A stretch of 44,727 nucleotides of DNA from an uncultured Candidatus Saccharibacteria bacterium (lineage in GTDB: Bacteria; Patescibacteriota; Minisyncoccia; Phycocordibacterales; Phycocordibacteraceae). Position 1 is the stretch's first letter. Every line of letters starts with the position of its first letter. Location of the stretch: assembly GCA_964590505.1 (NCBI GenBank), contig CAZPVV010000001.1, positions 1-44,727 on the forward strand, read 5' to 3'. A program made the position numbers and the translations under genes. Of this stretch, positions 24,894-33,883 are shown piece after piece. The notes under the pieces were generated by a model. It was not told the DNA's origin. It did not search any database and saw only the letters and a list, made by a program, of their open reading frames with translations.

Positions 24894-25622
24894 CTATCCT
24901 TCTTGGGTGGTCGTTTCGTCTTTTGTCTCAGCCTCCATCATCGCAATAGATTTTTGAAGCTCTTCAACACAGTCAGTTGCAACAGCCCAGTCTCGTATAA
25001 GATCGCGGTTCTGAATTGCTTGTAGCGAAAAGACAACAGGCTTTGCGTTAGCTGTACCTTCTTCAAGATTAGAGGAGAGGTCCCATGCAATCGGAGGGGC
25101 GTAACGGGTAATCTCTTGTGCATCAGTTAGTAACTTGCTAAATGACGCGATTGAACTAAGAAGAGCGTCGTGCACGCGACGTCGTTCAGAGTCTGCCATG
25201 ATAAATTTATCCGCCTCTTCCTCTTGCGCATAGTACGCAGACTTCATGAGGTGGAATTTAACAACGGTTCCAACATAACGTCTGGTCCATCCGCGGATAC
25301 TGCGAACTTGTCCTTCAAGCAGTTTTGAAATTCTCTCAATCTCTTCGTCAGGTTCTTCTTCCTGCAAATGTTGGATTGCCTCATTTGCAGCAAGATTCAG
25401 AGAGTGAATAGTCGGGATGCGACCTTCGCGGTACTTGTGGATCATTTCTTTGTTATCCAACCGCTCAAGAGTCTGATGCATTACACCAATCACTTGGTCC
25501 TTCTCTTCTGGCGTATGGATAACGCCAACTTCTTGCTGACAAATCTTTTTGAAATCTGAAAGCACCATCTCAGTAGGTTCGTGTCTTGGAGATTCGGGAT
25601 TTTGAGGAGGCCTCTCAGTCAT
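24894..25622 (-). CDS. hypothetical protein (242 aa)
   Basis: Clean ORF, no SD, with a TATATA box 8 nt upstream. No family recognised. Confidence 0.6.
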   Translation of the reverse strand: MTERPPQNPESPRHEPTEMVLSDFKKICQQEVGVIHTPEEKDQVIGVMHQTLERLDNKEMIHKYREGRIPTIHSLNLAANEAIQHLQEEEPDEEIERISKLLEGQVRSIRGWTRRYVGTVVKFHLMKSAYYAQEEEADKFIMADSERRRVHDALLSSIASFSKLLTDAQEITRYAPPIAWDLSSNLEEGTANAKPVVFSLQAIQNRDLIRDWAVATDCVEELQKSIAMMEAETKDETTTQEG

Positions 25623-25642
25623 GGGGGTAGTATATAACCATA
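25623..25642. promoter_or_regulatory. 20-bp divergent intergenic region with one palindromic TATATA box shared by both flanking genes
   Basis: gggggtagTATATAaccata. The box is 6 nt from the + strand ATG and 8 nt from the - strand ATG. Confidence 0.45.
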
Positions 25643-26491
25643 ATGAATAAGCGCATCCTTCTACTCATGCTCCTATCCGGGCTTATTTTGAACGCAGTGG
25701 TATGGACTGTGCTGTTCTATAAGGAACAGCACGTACTCGCTGTAACGTTCTTGAATGTTGGTCAAGGCGACGCCATTTTGCTTGAGACGCCATCGGGGAA
25801 ACAGATACTTGTTGATGGGGGTCCTGACCGTTCCGTGCTTCGGGAACTGCCTAAAATTATTGGCCCGTTAGATAAGTCTCTTGATCTGGTTGTGGAAACA
25901 CACCCAGACAAGGACCACATAGCGGGTCTGGTTGATGTATTTGCGCGGTATCAGGTGGGGGCTTTCTTGAGTCCCGGTATCCCAAACGATACGTCGTATA
26001 CCACCTCATTGGTTCGTGCTAGTGAAAGCGAACCGGGAGTGGTGCGTGTGGAAGCTCGTAGAGGTATGCGTATACATTTAGGGAACGGGGCGTATGCTGA
26101 CGTGCTTTATCCTGACCGCGAGGTTGACGGGGTTGAGACAAATACCGGATCTGTGGTTTTACAGGTGGTGTATGGAGACACAGAATTCATGCTCACTGGA
26201 GACGCACCGACAAATATTGAGCGTTGGCTCGTTTCACTTGATGGGGACGCGCTCCAAAGCGACGTACTTAAGGCAGGGCACCACGGGTCGCGCACATCAA
26301 CAGACCAGACGTGGCTAGAAAAAGTTAATCCGGCCTATGTAGTTATTTCAGCAGGGCTCAATAACTCATATGGGCACCCACATGCGGAGGTTGTAGAGCG
26401 CATCCAAAGTTTCGGGACAACGCTTCTTTCAACAACCAATGGTAGCGTTAGATTCATAACTGATGGAAAGAATCTTCAGGTCACTAAATGA
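25643..26491 (+). CDS. membrane-anchored metallo-beta-lactamase-fold protein corresponding to the ComEC C-terminal domain
   Basis: N-terminal TM, HPDKDHIAG (HxHxDH-type) and GHHGS motifs, and LNVGQGDAILLE, which is typical of the ComEC MBL domain. Confidence 0.75.
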   Translation: MNKRILLLMLLSGLILNAVVWTVLFYKEQHVLAVTFLNVGQGDAILLETPSGKQILVDGGPDRSVLRELPKIIGPLDKSLDLVVETHPDKDHIAGLVDVFARYQVGAFLSPGIPNDTSYTTSLVRASESEPGVVRVEARRGMRIHLGNGAYADVLYPDREVDGVETNTGSVVLQVVYGDTEFMLTGDAPTNIERWLVSLDGDALQSDVLKAGHHGSRTSTDQTWLEKVNPAYVVISAGLNNSYGHPHAEVVERIQSFGTTLLSTTNGSVRFITDGKNLQVTK

Positions 26492-26519
26492 AAAACCGCC
26501 CAGGGGCGGGCGGTTTTTC
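26491..26519. terminator. bidirectional intrinsic terminator
   Basis: aaaaaccgccc aggggc gggcggttttt. Confidence 0.75.
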
Positions 26520-26528
26520 GAGTGGTCC

Positions 26529-26774
26529 TTACTTGAGGACTCCTGCCTTTTTGAGGGTATCAAAGGCGCCATTCTTGCGGATGGTGCGTAGGCCCTTGGT
26601 AGAGACGTCTACCAAGACGGTCTTGTTGAGTTCAGGCACAAAAATGTGGCGCTTCTGAAGGTTTGCCTGACGGCGGACCTTTCCGGTTGGGTTGAACTGA
26701 GTAGCACGCGTCCGGTTAGAGTACCGTCCGCCTACTTGTGTGGTCTTTCCTGTTACTGCGCAGCTTCGTGCCAT
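26529..26774 (-). CDS. rpmB: 50S ribosomal protein L28
   Basis: MARSCAVTGKTTQVGGRYSNRTRATQ... is a canonical L28 N-terminus. I trimmed the 143-aa track ORF to 81 aa. Confidence 0.9.
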   Translation of the reverse strand: MARSCAVTGKTTQVGGRYSNRTRATQFNPTGKVRRQANLQKRHIFVPELNKTVLVDVSTKGLRTIRKNGAFDTLKKAGVLK

Positions 26775-26807
26775 AGTTGGTGGATGGTACCATAGCGGTA
26801 CACCTCT

Positions 26808-27449
26808 ATGCAACCTGATATGCTCCTGATGAGCTTCACCATCATCGTTCTCATCTTTTCCATAATTATCCATGAAGTAGCGCATGGATGGGCGGCGCTT
26901 GCTCTTGGGGACCGCACCGCCAAGGATGCGGGTCGTCTGACCCTTAACCCCGTTCCTCATATAGACCCGATTGGGTCTGTTTTGATCCCCGCAACCCTCG
27001 TTCTTTTGCAGTCTGGTTTCATGTTTGGGTGGGCAAAGCCGGTGCCCTATAACCCCTATAACCTCAAGAATCAGCGATGGGGTGAGGCTATTGTTGCGAT
27101 TGCAGGAGTTGCAACAAACCTGCTTATTGCCGTTCTGTTCGCCATCATTGCACGCGTTGCGTTTGGGGCCGGCGAACAGGTGTTTGCTGAGTTGGCCGCG
27201 TCAGTGTGTCTCGTAAACCTGTTTCTTGGAATCTTCAACCTGATTCCAATTCCGCCACTTGATGGGTTTGGTGTGTTGCGGGGGATTCTTCCACTATCGC
27301 TTGGGCTTCGTTTGCGGGAGTTTGAAGAGAAGATCCAGGCAGGAGGGATTATTTCACTGTTGGTGATTTTGTTCCTGTTTACTCAGTTCCTGTCAGCTCC
27401 GTTTTATAAGTTGGTGACGTGGGTGTTTATGTCGTTGCTTGGACAATAG
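26808..27449 (+). CDS. site-2 protease family (M50) membrane metalloprotease
   Basis: HEVAHG zinc motif in the first TM, NLIPIPPLDG motif, polytopic. Confidence 0.85.
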   Translation: MQPDMLLMSFTIIVLIFSIIIHEVAHGWAALALGDRTAKDAGRLTLNPVPHIDPIGSVLIPATLVLLQSGFMFGWAKPVPYNPYNLKNQRWGEAIVAIAGVATNLLIAVLFAIIARVAFGAGEQVFAELAASVCLVNLFLGIFNLIPIPPLDGFGVLRGILPLSLGLRLREFEEKIQAGGIISLLVILFLFTQFLSAPFYKLVTWVFMSLLGQ

Positions 27450-27452
27450 TTT

Positions 27453-27872
27453 ATGGAAGAGCGACCGAAGGTTGGGGTAGGGGTGGTCGTCGTTAAGGAT
27501 GGAAAGATTCTGATAGGAGAGAGGCTGATGAGCCACGGGGCAGGAACATGGATGATTCCTGGAGGGCACCTGGAGTTCGGAGAAACCTTTGAGGAGTGCG
27601 CAATGAGGGAGGTGTTTGAGGAAACGGGACTTACCGATATTGAAATCACAGAGCTCATTCGCGTTGGAAACGACCGAATCTACGATAAACATTTCGTGAC
27701 TATTGGAATGGTCGCCACATGGAAGTCAGGCGAGCCGAAAGTCACGGAGCCGGGCAAGTCAGAGAATTGGAAGTGGATTGATCCGAAGGAATTGCCGGAG
27801 AACATATTCCTTCCAAGCAAGTGGTGCGTTGAGAACTGGCTAGCCGGAAAGATTTATATGGAGAATCTCTAG
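27453..27872 (+). CDS. Nudix hydrolase
   Basis: Nudix box GGHLEFGETFEECAMREVFEETGL. Confidence 0.9.
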   Translation: MEERPKVGVGVVVVKDGKILIGERLMSHGAGTWMIPGGHLEFGETFEECAMREVFEETGLTDIEITELIRVGNDRIYDKHFVTIGMVATWKSGEPKVTEPGKSENWKWIDPKELPENIFLPSKWCVENWLAGKIYMENL

Positions 27873-27884
27873 TATGATGGGCGA

Positions 27885-28145
27885 ATGGCATCAAATAAAT
27901 CTCCTAGGGTATTTATAGAGTTAGTTGGTTGGGCCGGAGCGCTACTCATTATTGGTGCGTACGTGTTGTATGGATACGGGGTTATCCCTGCAACAGGGAA
28001 AGAGTTTCAATTACTGAACCTGTTTGGTTCTCTAGGTCTTATTGTTGCTTCTATATATAAGAAGGCGTGGCCTGCGACTGCTGTGTTTGTTACGTGGGGA
28101 TTTCTGTCTATCTATACGCTCTACGTACTGTTTCAGACGATTTAG
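27885..28145 (+). CDS. small 3-TM membrane protein (86 aa)
   Basis: Three hydrophobic helices. No family assigned. Confidence 0.55.
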   Translation: MASNKSPRVFIELVGWAGALLIIGAYVLYGYGVIPATGKEFQLLNLFGSLGLIVASIYKKAWPATAVFVTWGFLSIYTLYVLFQTI

Positions 28146-28573
28146 ACTTCAACCTTTTTCTTTCTGTGTAGTAGTGCGAACTGAAGCAGAAGGAATGCAA
28201 AGCTAAGGCCAACAAAGAGATTGACGAGTGGGGCGGTCACAACGTTTCGTTCCGGTGTAAACATTTCTGGAGTTGTTGCAGGAGAAATAAGAATTAGAAG
28301 AAGTGGAAGTGGTGCAGCAAAGAGTGCAAATTTTGTCCATGCCACGAAGATGTTTCGGGAAACAAAAATGAGTGCGAAGAAGAGGATAGGTAAAAGTCTG
28401 GTTCCATAGAATAAAGGAATACCAATACCAAAGAGAGTGGATTGGGCACAGCTTCTTCCGCCACCTTGGTCGCAGAGACTAACTAATTCTGGGTTGTTGA
28501 TTAGAACGAAACCAAGGCAAATAGCACCAAGAGAAAGTGCAAACAACAACCCAGCAATTAGTCGGTGATTCAT
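28142..28573 (-). CDS. 4-TM membrane protein (143 aa), translationally coupled to the upstream hydrolase gene
   Basis: ATGA start/stop overlap with the hydrolase gene at 28570-28573. Hydrophobic throughout. Confidence 0.6.
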   Translation of the reverse strand: MNHRLIAGLLFALSLGAICLGFVLINNPELVSLCDQGGGRSCAQSTLFGIGIPLFYGTRLLPILFFALIFVSRNIFVAWTKFALFAAPLPLLLILISPATTPEMFTPERNVVTAPLVNLFVGLSFAFLLLQFALLHRKKKVEV

Positions 28574-31446
28574 GGATACTGTTCTATTAGTATACGCAGG
28601 TGACTGGTCATATTGAGTATTGCTTCAGCTTGTGACTGGGTAATACTTTTTACCCCGCCAGGAGTTCTATTTAGTGATGCTTGCCAACGCTTTATCACAA
28701 AGTCCTCAACTTCCCTTAGATTCTTTAGCAACTTTTCCTTGAACTCCGCAATATCGCTTGGTGTGGAGGACTTTGGTCCTTCTGATATCTTTGCAGAAAG
28801 ACTGCTAAACATATTGAGGAGTCTATCTTTTACCTCTTGAGCCATACTCATGGCGACTATGGAAGACTTTATGAGACTAATATATGCAACAGGATCTTGA
28901 ATGGATTCTGGCTCTGTAATAGTTGTGTCGGTTATGCTGTCGCCGTTGGTATCGAGCGCTAACGATGAAGAAATATCTTCATCATGAATTGAAAGCTCTG
29001 CCAGCGTTGAAGATGTAACGGGAATATCGGCGTAGGTGGTTACTTCTTCAACTGACTCTCCATCAACAAGGGCAACTTCAAATGTGAACGTGCCCGTATC
29101 GTATCCATCAAGCTTGATGGTGTAGTCACCATCAGCAGGAAGCCCAATGTATTTACCTTCACCAAACTCCTCGTAGTAACTACCAGGAATCTCTTCGTCT
29201 TTTAGTAAGAAATCAGAACCTGGTGTGGTGTTAGCAACCATACCAGTTCTCCTTCCGTGCGAGTCAAACACTTCAAGAGACACTGGAGAAAGAACACGAA
29301 GACGTAAACGCTTTCCGTCTGATGAATCAGGAAGATCATTGGATACAAAAGAAGGGAGAGGAGTAGATGTAGCGTTAGTTGCGATACGAGTAAAGAGATC
29401 TTGAAACTCGGGCGCTTCGGTGATGTTGCCGTGGTCGTATTTAGTCCCACCGGCAACGCCTATACTTGGAAGGTCTAGGAAGAACGAGCTCCCGGATGAT
29501 TGATTTATTTCACTCTCCGTCACAACCGTCTCGTCCCCATCACTCGTCCAATTCATCAAATGAGTCAGAATTGTAATAGGAGCGCATGTTGAACCAATGA
29601 GACAAACAGTCTTGGTTTTCTCTACATACTGAATACCGCTAGGCGTTTCAATACCCCAGCCAGCAATCTGAATAACCTCAACCCCTGGCGGCGGAGTCCA
29701 TGCATCAAGAGAGGTGTGCACGTTCTGAGCGTTCTGTATGAGCGTTGCAGAAAGAACCTCTGGTTGCTCAATGTCAGCGCGAGCAGGCATAGCTCTTCCG
29801 CTCAGGTTGGTGATAAAGCGAGTAAACTCCTGTGCCGTGTCTACAAGGTTGTCTCCCATTCCGGATGTAGTTTTAAGTTTCGGAGCTAGTGTGAGATCTA
29901 TGACTGGTTCAGCAACACGATCAAAGTACGTTGTTGAAGGGAGAAGGGCATGAGCTCCCGGCATATTCTTGGTGAGAGCTCGTGCATTCGCTTTGGAAAG
30001 CAATAGTCCTCCCCAGTCTGGAATGTTTTGGAAGTCACCATGCAGTAGAGCGGCTGCTGCAAGTGGAGTACCTAGCTGAGGTGTATCAATCAGGACAACT
30101 TTATCAACCAAGTGAGAAAGACCGTCACGTTCTAGCTTCTGCATAAGTGCTTTGGCAACCAAACCTCCGTTTGAGTGACCAACAATTGTTACCTTTCCAG
30201 TCTTTGATTGTGCAGCGAGTGTCACAACCTCATCTTTGAGATATTTACGGCCTGTATTGTATTGCACGCCGTCCTCTACAACTGATTGAGGACCCACTCG
30301 CCAGTCATAAGGGAAGGCAACAAATGCAGACATGCCACCGGAAGACACAAGTCCTTGCAGTTGTGCAAAGAACGTACGATAGAAATCAACGGAGAAACCA
30401 AGGAAATTTACGTTTGCTATAACTCCATCTGACTTTGTGTACACTGCCGAACGACTTTGCCCCGCAGTATTCATTTCAAGTGACATCACACCACTCTGTA
30501 GCAGACTTCCTGGTTCCCAACGCTTTGTCTCAAATCCAAGAACATTCTCGTAGAGTCGACTTCCCTTGATACCGGGAAGAAATAGAACGCTAGATACTCC
30601 GTTGAGGTCTGTTCCAACTGGGTCAACGGATATTGGTTCAGTGGAGGCTAATGTTTGATTGCCTGCTTCATCAATAACAAGGGCAGTGTATTTAAGCGAA
30701 AATACCTCTGAAGGAAGTGAGCCGTCAGTGGTTGTTGTGTATACCTGCACAGGCAGATCAGTAAACGGTCCGACCGTGAGGGTCTCCAATTGTTCAACGT
30801 AGTGACTTCCTGTTATTTGAAGACTTTCAAGAACGGCCCCATCTTCAGCTAGTGCAAGTTGGTGTATCTCGTATATTTTTGCGTTAGTTCCAACATCGGT
30901 CATTGAGCCCGTAAGTTTGATAACGTCAGCGTCTCGTAGACGCTCGCTACTCACTTTTTCTACATGCGAGAAGGTGAGTGTCGGGGGAACGTTATCAACT
31001 AAGACCTGGGCAGTGGAGGTACTCTCGTTACCCGCCACATCACGCACCGTGGCATAGATGGTGCGAAGACCATTAGGAGTTCCTGTTGCAACATAAAACT
31101 TGGTGCGGTTACCAAATGAAACATTCCCAACTACAGGTGGGTGTCCGATGAGAACATCTGGTGTTGGGATACCAAGTTCCTGTAGAAAGACTGTTGCGAC
31201 GGGCGTTTCTGTCTCCCCACCTATATATACGTTTACCGAGAAGTTGTCTCCATCCTTAAGTGAGGTTTGGAATATGCCACTTCCTTCTCCGCCATAACGG
31301 TGAGGCAGGTGTTCAAACGTAAACGAGCGAATATAGGGTGGTGTGACGTCTGGTTCTTCCGCAGACACAACAGAAGGTGAGCCACTAAAACTGGCTATAA
31401 GGGAGAGCCCTAGAAGTGAGGTGCTAAGCACCAAGCCTCTTCTCAT
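28570..31446 (-). CDS. large secreted alpha/beta-hydrolase (lipase/esterase-like) with N-terminal Ig-like domains
   Basis: Signal peptide MRRGLVLSTSLLGLSLIASFSGSPSVVSA and a GxSxG nucleophile elbow, VGHSNGG. I trimmed the track start (31548) to the Met before the signal peptide. Confidence 0.7.
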   Translation of the reverse strand: MRRGLVLSTSLLGLSLIASFSGSPSVVSAEEPDVTPPYIRSFTFEHLPHRYGGEGSGIFQTSLKDGDNFSVNVYIGGETETPVATVFLQELGIPTPDVLIGHPPVVGNVSFGNRTKFYVATGTPNGLRTIYATVRDVAGNESTSTAQVLVDNVPPTLTFSHVEKVSSERLRDADVIKLTGSMTDVGTNAKIYEIHQLALAEDGAVLESLQITGSHYVEQLETLTVGPFTDLPVQVYTTTTDGSLPSEVFSLKYTALVIDEAGNQTLASTEPISVDPVGTDLNGVSSVLFLPGIKGSRLYENVLGFETKRWEPGSLLQSGVMSLEMNTAGQSRSAVYTKSDGVIANVNFLGFSVDFYRTFFAQLQGLVSSGGMSAFVAFPYDWRVGPQSVVEDGVQYNTGRKYLKDEVVTLAAQSKTGKVTIVGHSNGGLVAKALMQKLERDGLSHLVDKVVLIDTPQLGTPLAAAALLHGDFQNIPDWGGLLLSKANARALTKNMPGAHALLPSTTYFDRVAEPVIDLTLAPKLKTTSGMGDNLVDTAQEFTRFITNLSGRAMPARADIEQPEVLSATLIQNAQNVHTSLDAWTPPPGVEVIQIAGWGIETPSGIQYVEKTKTVCLIGSTCAPITILTHLMNWTSDGDETVVTESEINQSSGSSFFLDLPSIGVAGGTKYDHGNITEAPEFQDLFTRIATNATSTPLPSFVSNDLPDSSDGKRLRLRVLSPVSLEVFDSHGRRTGMVANTTPGSDFLLKDEEIPGSYYEEFGEGKYIGLPADGDYTIKLDGYDTGTFTFEVALVDGESVEEVTTYADIPVTSSTLAELSIHDEDISSSLALDTNGDSITDTTITEPESIQDPVAYISLIKSSIVAMSMAQEVKDRLLNMFSSLSAKISEGPKSSTPSDIAEFKEKLLKNLREVEDFVIKRWQASLNRTPGGVKSITQSQAEAILNMTSHLRILIEQYP

Positions 31447-31490
31447 ACCAAAACCATAGCATTCATAATGGGTGGGAGCGACCGTCCTAG

Positions 31491-31519
31491 TTGCATAAAT
31501 TAACCAGCTCCTATATATT
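31491..31519 (+). promoter_or_regulatory. rpsL promoter TTGCAT-17 nt-TATATT
   Basis: Read directly. Confidence 0.55.
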
Positions 31520-31555
31520 GTCCTCAGCTCCCACGGGGGAGTTTTCATTTACGAA

Positions 31556-31963
31556 ATGGCCACAATAAATCAACTCGCAAAGAAGCCTCGCAAGGACAAA
31601 GCCCGAAAGACCAAGGTCGTGGCTCTTGGACGTGGATTTAACACGCTTAAGAACCGCCCAACCTTCTATTCGGCTCCCTTTAAGCGCGGTGTGTGTACTA
31701 AAGTGACCACAAAGACCCCCCGCAAACCTAACTCAGCTATTCGTAAGATTGCCCGTGTTCGCCTCACCAACGGTATGGAGGTTACTGCCTACATCCCGGG
31801 AGAGGGACACAACCTCCAGGAGCACTCAGTGGTACTCCTTCGTGGTGGACGTGTGAAGGATATTGGTGTGCAGTACACCGTGGTTCGCGGAAAGCTTGAT
31901 ACCGCCGGTATTGATAAGCGCCGCCGTGGTCGTTCTCGTTATGGAGCTAAGAAGCCCAAATAA
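31556..31963 (+). CDS. rpsL: 30S ribosomal protein S12
   Basis: MATINQL..., [22 protein letters not shown]. Confidence 0.97.
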   Translation: MATINQLAKKPRKDKARKTKVVALGRGFNTLKNRPTFYSAPFKRGVCTKVTTKTPRKPNSAIRKIARVRLTNGMEVTAYIPGEGHNLQEHSVVLLRGGRVKDIGVQYTVVRGKLDTAGIDKRRRGRSRYGAKKPK

Positions 31964-31971
31964 TCTTTCAT

Positions 31972-32442
31972 ATGCGCCGACCAATCAAAAATAAGCCTGT
32001 CCGCCGTCCGGACATTCAATACAAGTCAGAGGCTATCTCTCGCTTCATCAACACCGTCATGCTTGATGGTAAGAAGGACACTGCCCGTGCTGTGGTGTAC
32101 GACGCTCTTGATCTGATCTCAAAGCAGGAGGGAAACCCAGATCCCCTTGAGACATTTGAGACCGCAATCCGAAACGTTGCTCCTCTTATGGAAGTTCGCT
32201 CACGTCGCGTTGGTGGTGCTAACTACCAGGTGCCTCGCGAAGTTCCCCAGCAGCGCCGTGTGTCTCTTGCATACCGATGGCTTATCAACGCAGCTCGCGC
32301 TCGCAAAGGAAAGCCTATGGCCCAAAAGCTTGCTGACGAGATCATGCTCGCGGTGAAGAACGAAGGAACGGCAATCAAGAAGAAGGACGACATGCACCGC
32401 ATGGCTGAAGCCAACAAAGCATTCGCACACTTCGCTTGGTAA
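31972..32442 (+). CDS. rpsG: 30S ribosomal protein S7
   Basis: FINTVMLDGKK, EVRSRRVGGANYQVP. Confidence 0.97.
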   Translation: MRRPIKNKPVRRPDIQYKSEAISRFINTVMLDGKKDTARAVVYDALDLISKQEGNPDPLETFETAIRNVAPLMEVRSRRVGGANYQVPREVPQQRRVSLAYRWLINAARARKGKPMAQKLADEIMLAVKNEGTAIKKKDDMHRMAEANKAFAHFAW

Positions 32443-32465
32443 TTTAGAGTTTGATAAAAGGAAGA

Positions 32466-32499
32466 ACGGCGGCCCGATGAGGGTCGCCGTCTTTCGTTT
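32466..32499. terminator. intrinsic terminator (10-bp stem with one G-U), shared by rpsG and the convergent 91-aa gene
   Basis: acggcggccc gatga gggtcgccgt, then ctttcgttt. The arms are nearly identical to the terminator at 17351. Confidence 0.65.
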
Positions 32500-32505
32500 G
32501 GATGC

Positions 32506-32781
32506 TTAGCGTAGGCCAGGTGCTATCTCGTGCAGATTGATGAATCCAGCACGAGCAAGGTCTGCGTGCCCGTCACACATCCAGATTTCCTCAGTATCTG
32601 GGTTGAACACAAAGGTGAAGGGCAAGTCTAGATATTCGACCTTGGCATAAAGCACGTGATAGCTGTCTCGCGAAACGCGAATGAACACGGACCGCATAGC
32701 GTTGTAGAGGCGCGGGTCCTGTACGAGACTGAATTCAAAAGCATCCAGAACGATCTCAAGTAGAGATCTGGGCCTTTCCAT
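32506..32781 (-). CDS. hypothetical protein (91 aa), SD-led orphan
   Basis: SD GGGAGGGAA lies 5 nt upstream of the ATG (minus strand). I trimmed the track start. Confidence 0.5.
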   Translation of the reverse strand: MERPRSLLEIVLDAFEFSLVQDPRLYNAMRSVFIRVSRDSYHVLYAKVEYLDLPFTFVFNPDTEEIWMCDGHADLARAGFINLHEIAPGLR

Positions 32782-32918
32782 TACATTCCCTCCCGAACCC
32801 AAACTACCACTCCTACACTAAAGGGCAAAGCTTCTAGGCAATTCGCGAACAAAGGTATATGGTTGTCCTCGGACTGTGCGATAGTGCGCGGTTCTTCATA
32901 ACCTATGAGGTCGAAACG

Positions 32919-33770
32919 ATGGACGGATCACCCGAGATCACGGAGTCGTCGGGCGTCTCGCTCGACTTCTCCAAGCTATTCTCCAAGAAGACGTTCTTGA
33001 TCGGCGCAACGTGCCAGGTCAATATTGCCTTTGCGGGCATGCACGAAGAGCCCAAAAGCGATTCCAGGCTCGCGAACCAAGTGCTGTATGGTGAGCGAGT
33101 TCAGGTGTTGCTGTCGGCGCCCGGTTGGGTTCGTGTTCGTGCTCTGCACGACATGTACGTTGGCTGGGTGGATGAAAACTATCTCAGCACCAACTGCTTC
33201 ACGCCGACTCGCAGGGTCTTTGTCGCGAGAACTCCGGTTCGCCGGAAGCCTGACGACAAAGTCACCGCGGATGCGCTCCTGGGCATGAACTCCCTAGTGC
33301 GCATTGTGGAAGAACGTGGCTGCTTCGCACTTGCTGATGGGCTTGGCTGGGTTCCTGCCCGGCATCTCATGCCTGTTGGCGAGTTTGAACGCGATCACGC
33401 ACTCATCGCCCGGCGCTTTGTTGGTCTGGCCTATGGCTGGGGCGAACGTAGCGCGTACGGCGGTGACTGTTCTGCTGTCGTGCAACACGCGATTCGCGCT
33501 ACGGGACGAAAGTTTCCGCGCGACGCCAAAGATCAGGAGAAAGTTCGCGATGCCCATCGCGTTCAATCTGAACCTGATGGCAGCTACCGCTTCATGTACG
33601 GCGACGTCGTGTTCTGGAAAGGGCATGTTGGCATCGTGCTTGATCGTGGGCAGTTCCTTCACGCGGCCGGCGACGACACCAACATGACGGTTATTGAAGA
33701 CCTTTCCAAGGTCATTGAAACCCGTCGTCGTCACGGCTATGGTGAGGTAACGTCGGTTCTTCGGCTCTGA
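32919..33770 (+). CDS. NlpC/P60 (C40) peptidase with an N-terminal SH3b-like domain and no obvious signal peptide
   Basis: SH3b-like LYGERVQVLLSAPGWVRV...GWV. Catalytic Cys context GGDCSAVV, and His in KGHVGIVL. Confidence 0.75.
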   Translation: MDGSPEITESSGVSLDFSKLFSKKTFLIGATCQVNIAFAGMHEEPKSDSRLANQVLYGERVQVLLSAPGWVRVRALHDMYVGWVDENYLSTNCFTPTRRVFVARTPVRRKPDDKVTADALLGMNSLVRIVEERGCFALADGLGWVPARHLMPVGEFERDHALIARRFVGLAYGWGERSAYGGDCSAVVQHAIRATGRKFPRDAKDQEKVRDAHRVQSEPDGSYRFMYGDVVFWKGHVGIVLDRGQFLHAAGDDTNMTVIEDLSKVIETRRRHGYGEVTSVLRL

Positions 33771-33794
33771 TTCTACACTCGCCTATAAAGGTGC

Positions 33795-33824
33795 AAAGGC
33801 GCGGACCCAACATCCGCGCCTTTT
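33795..33824 (+). terminator. intrinsic terminator
   Basis: aaaggcgcgga cccaaca tccgcgcctttt. Confidence 0.7.
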
Positions 33825-33883
33825 CATATATTCCTTGAGGCGTATACTCCTTTTGGTACTAACTGGTCACAAGGGGAAACACC

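Noticed and set aside
26529-26960. The 143-aa version of the ORF that contains L28.
   Set aside because: The upstream 62 codons are antisense to the M50 protease start region and are not L28-like. I trimmed the ORF to the canonical MARSCAVTGK start at 26774.
27525-27531. A CTGATGA hammerhead-ribozyme core box.
   Set aside because: It lies inside the well-supported Nudix CDS, with no flanking helices or a GAAA partner in the right geometry.
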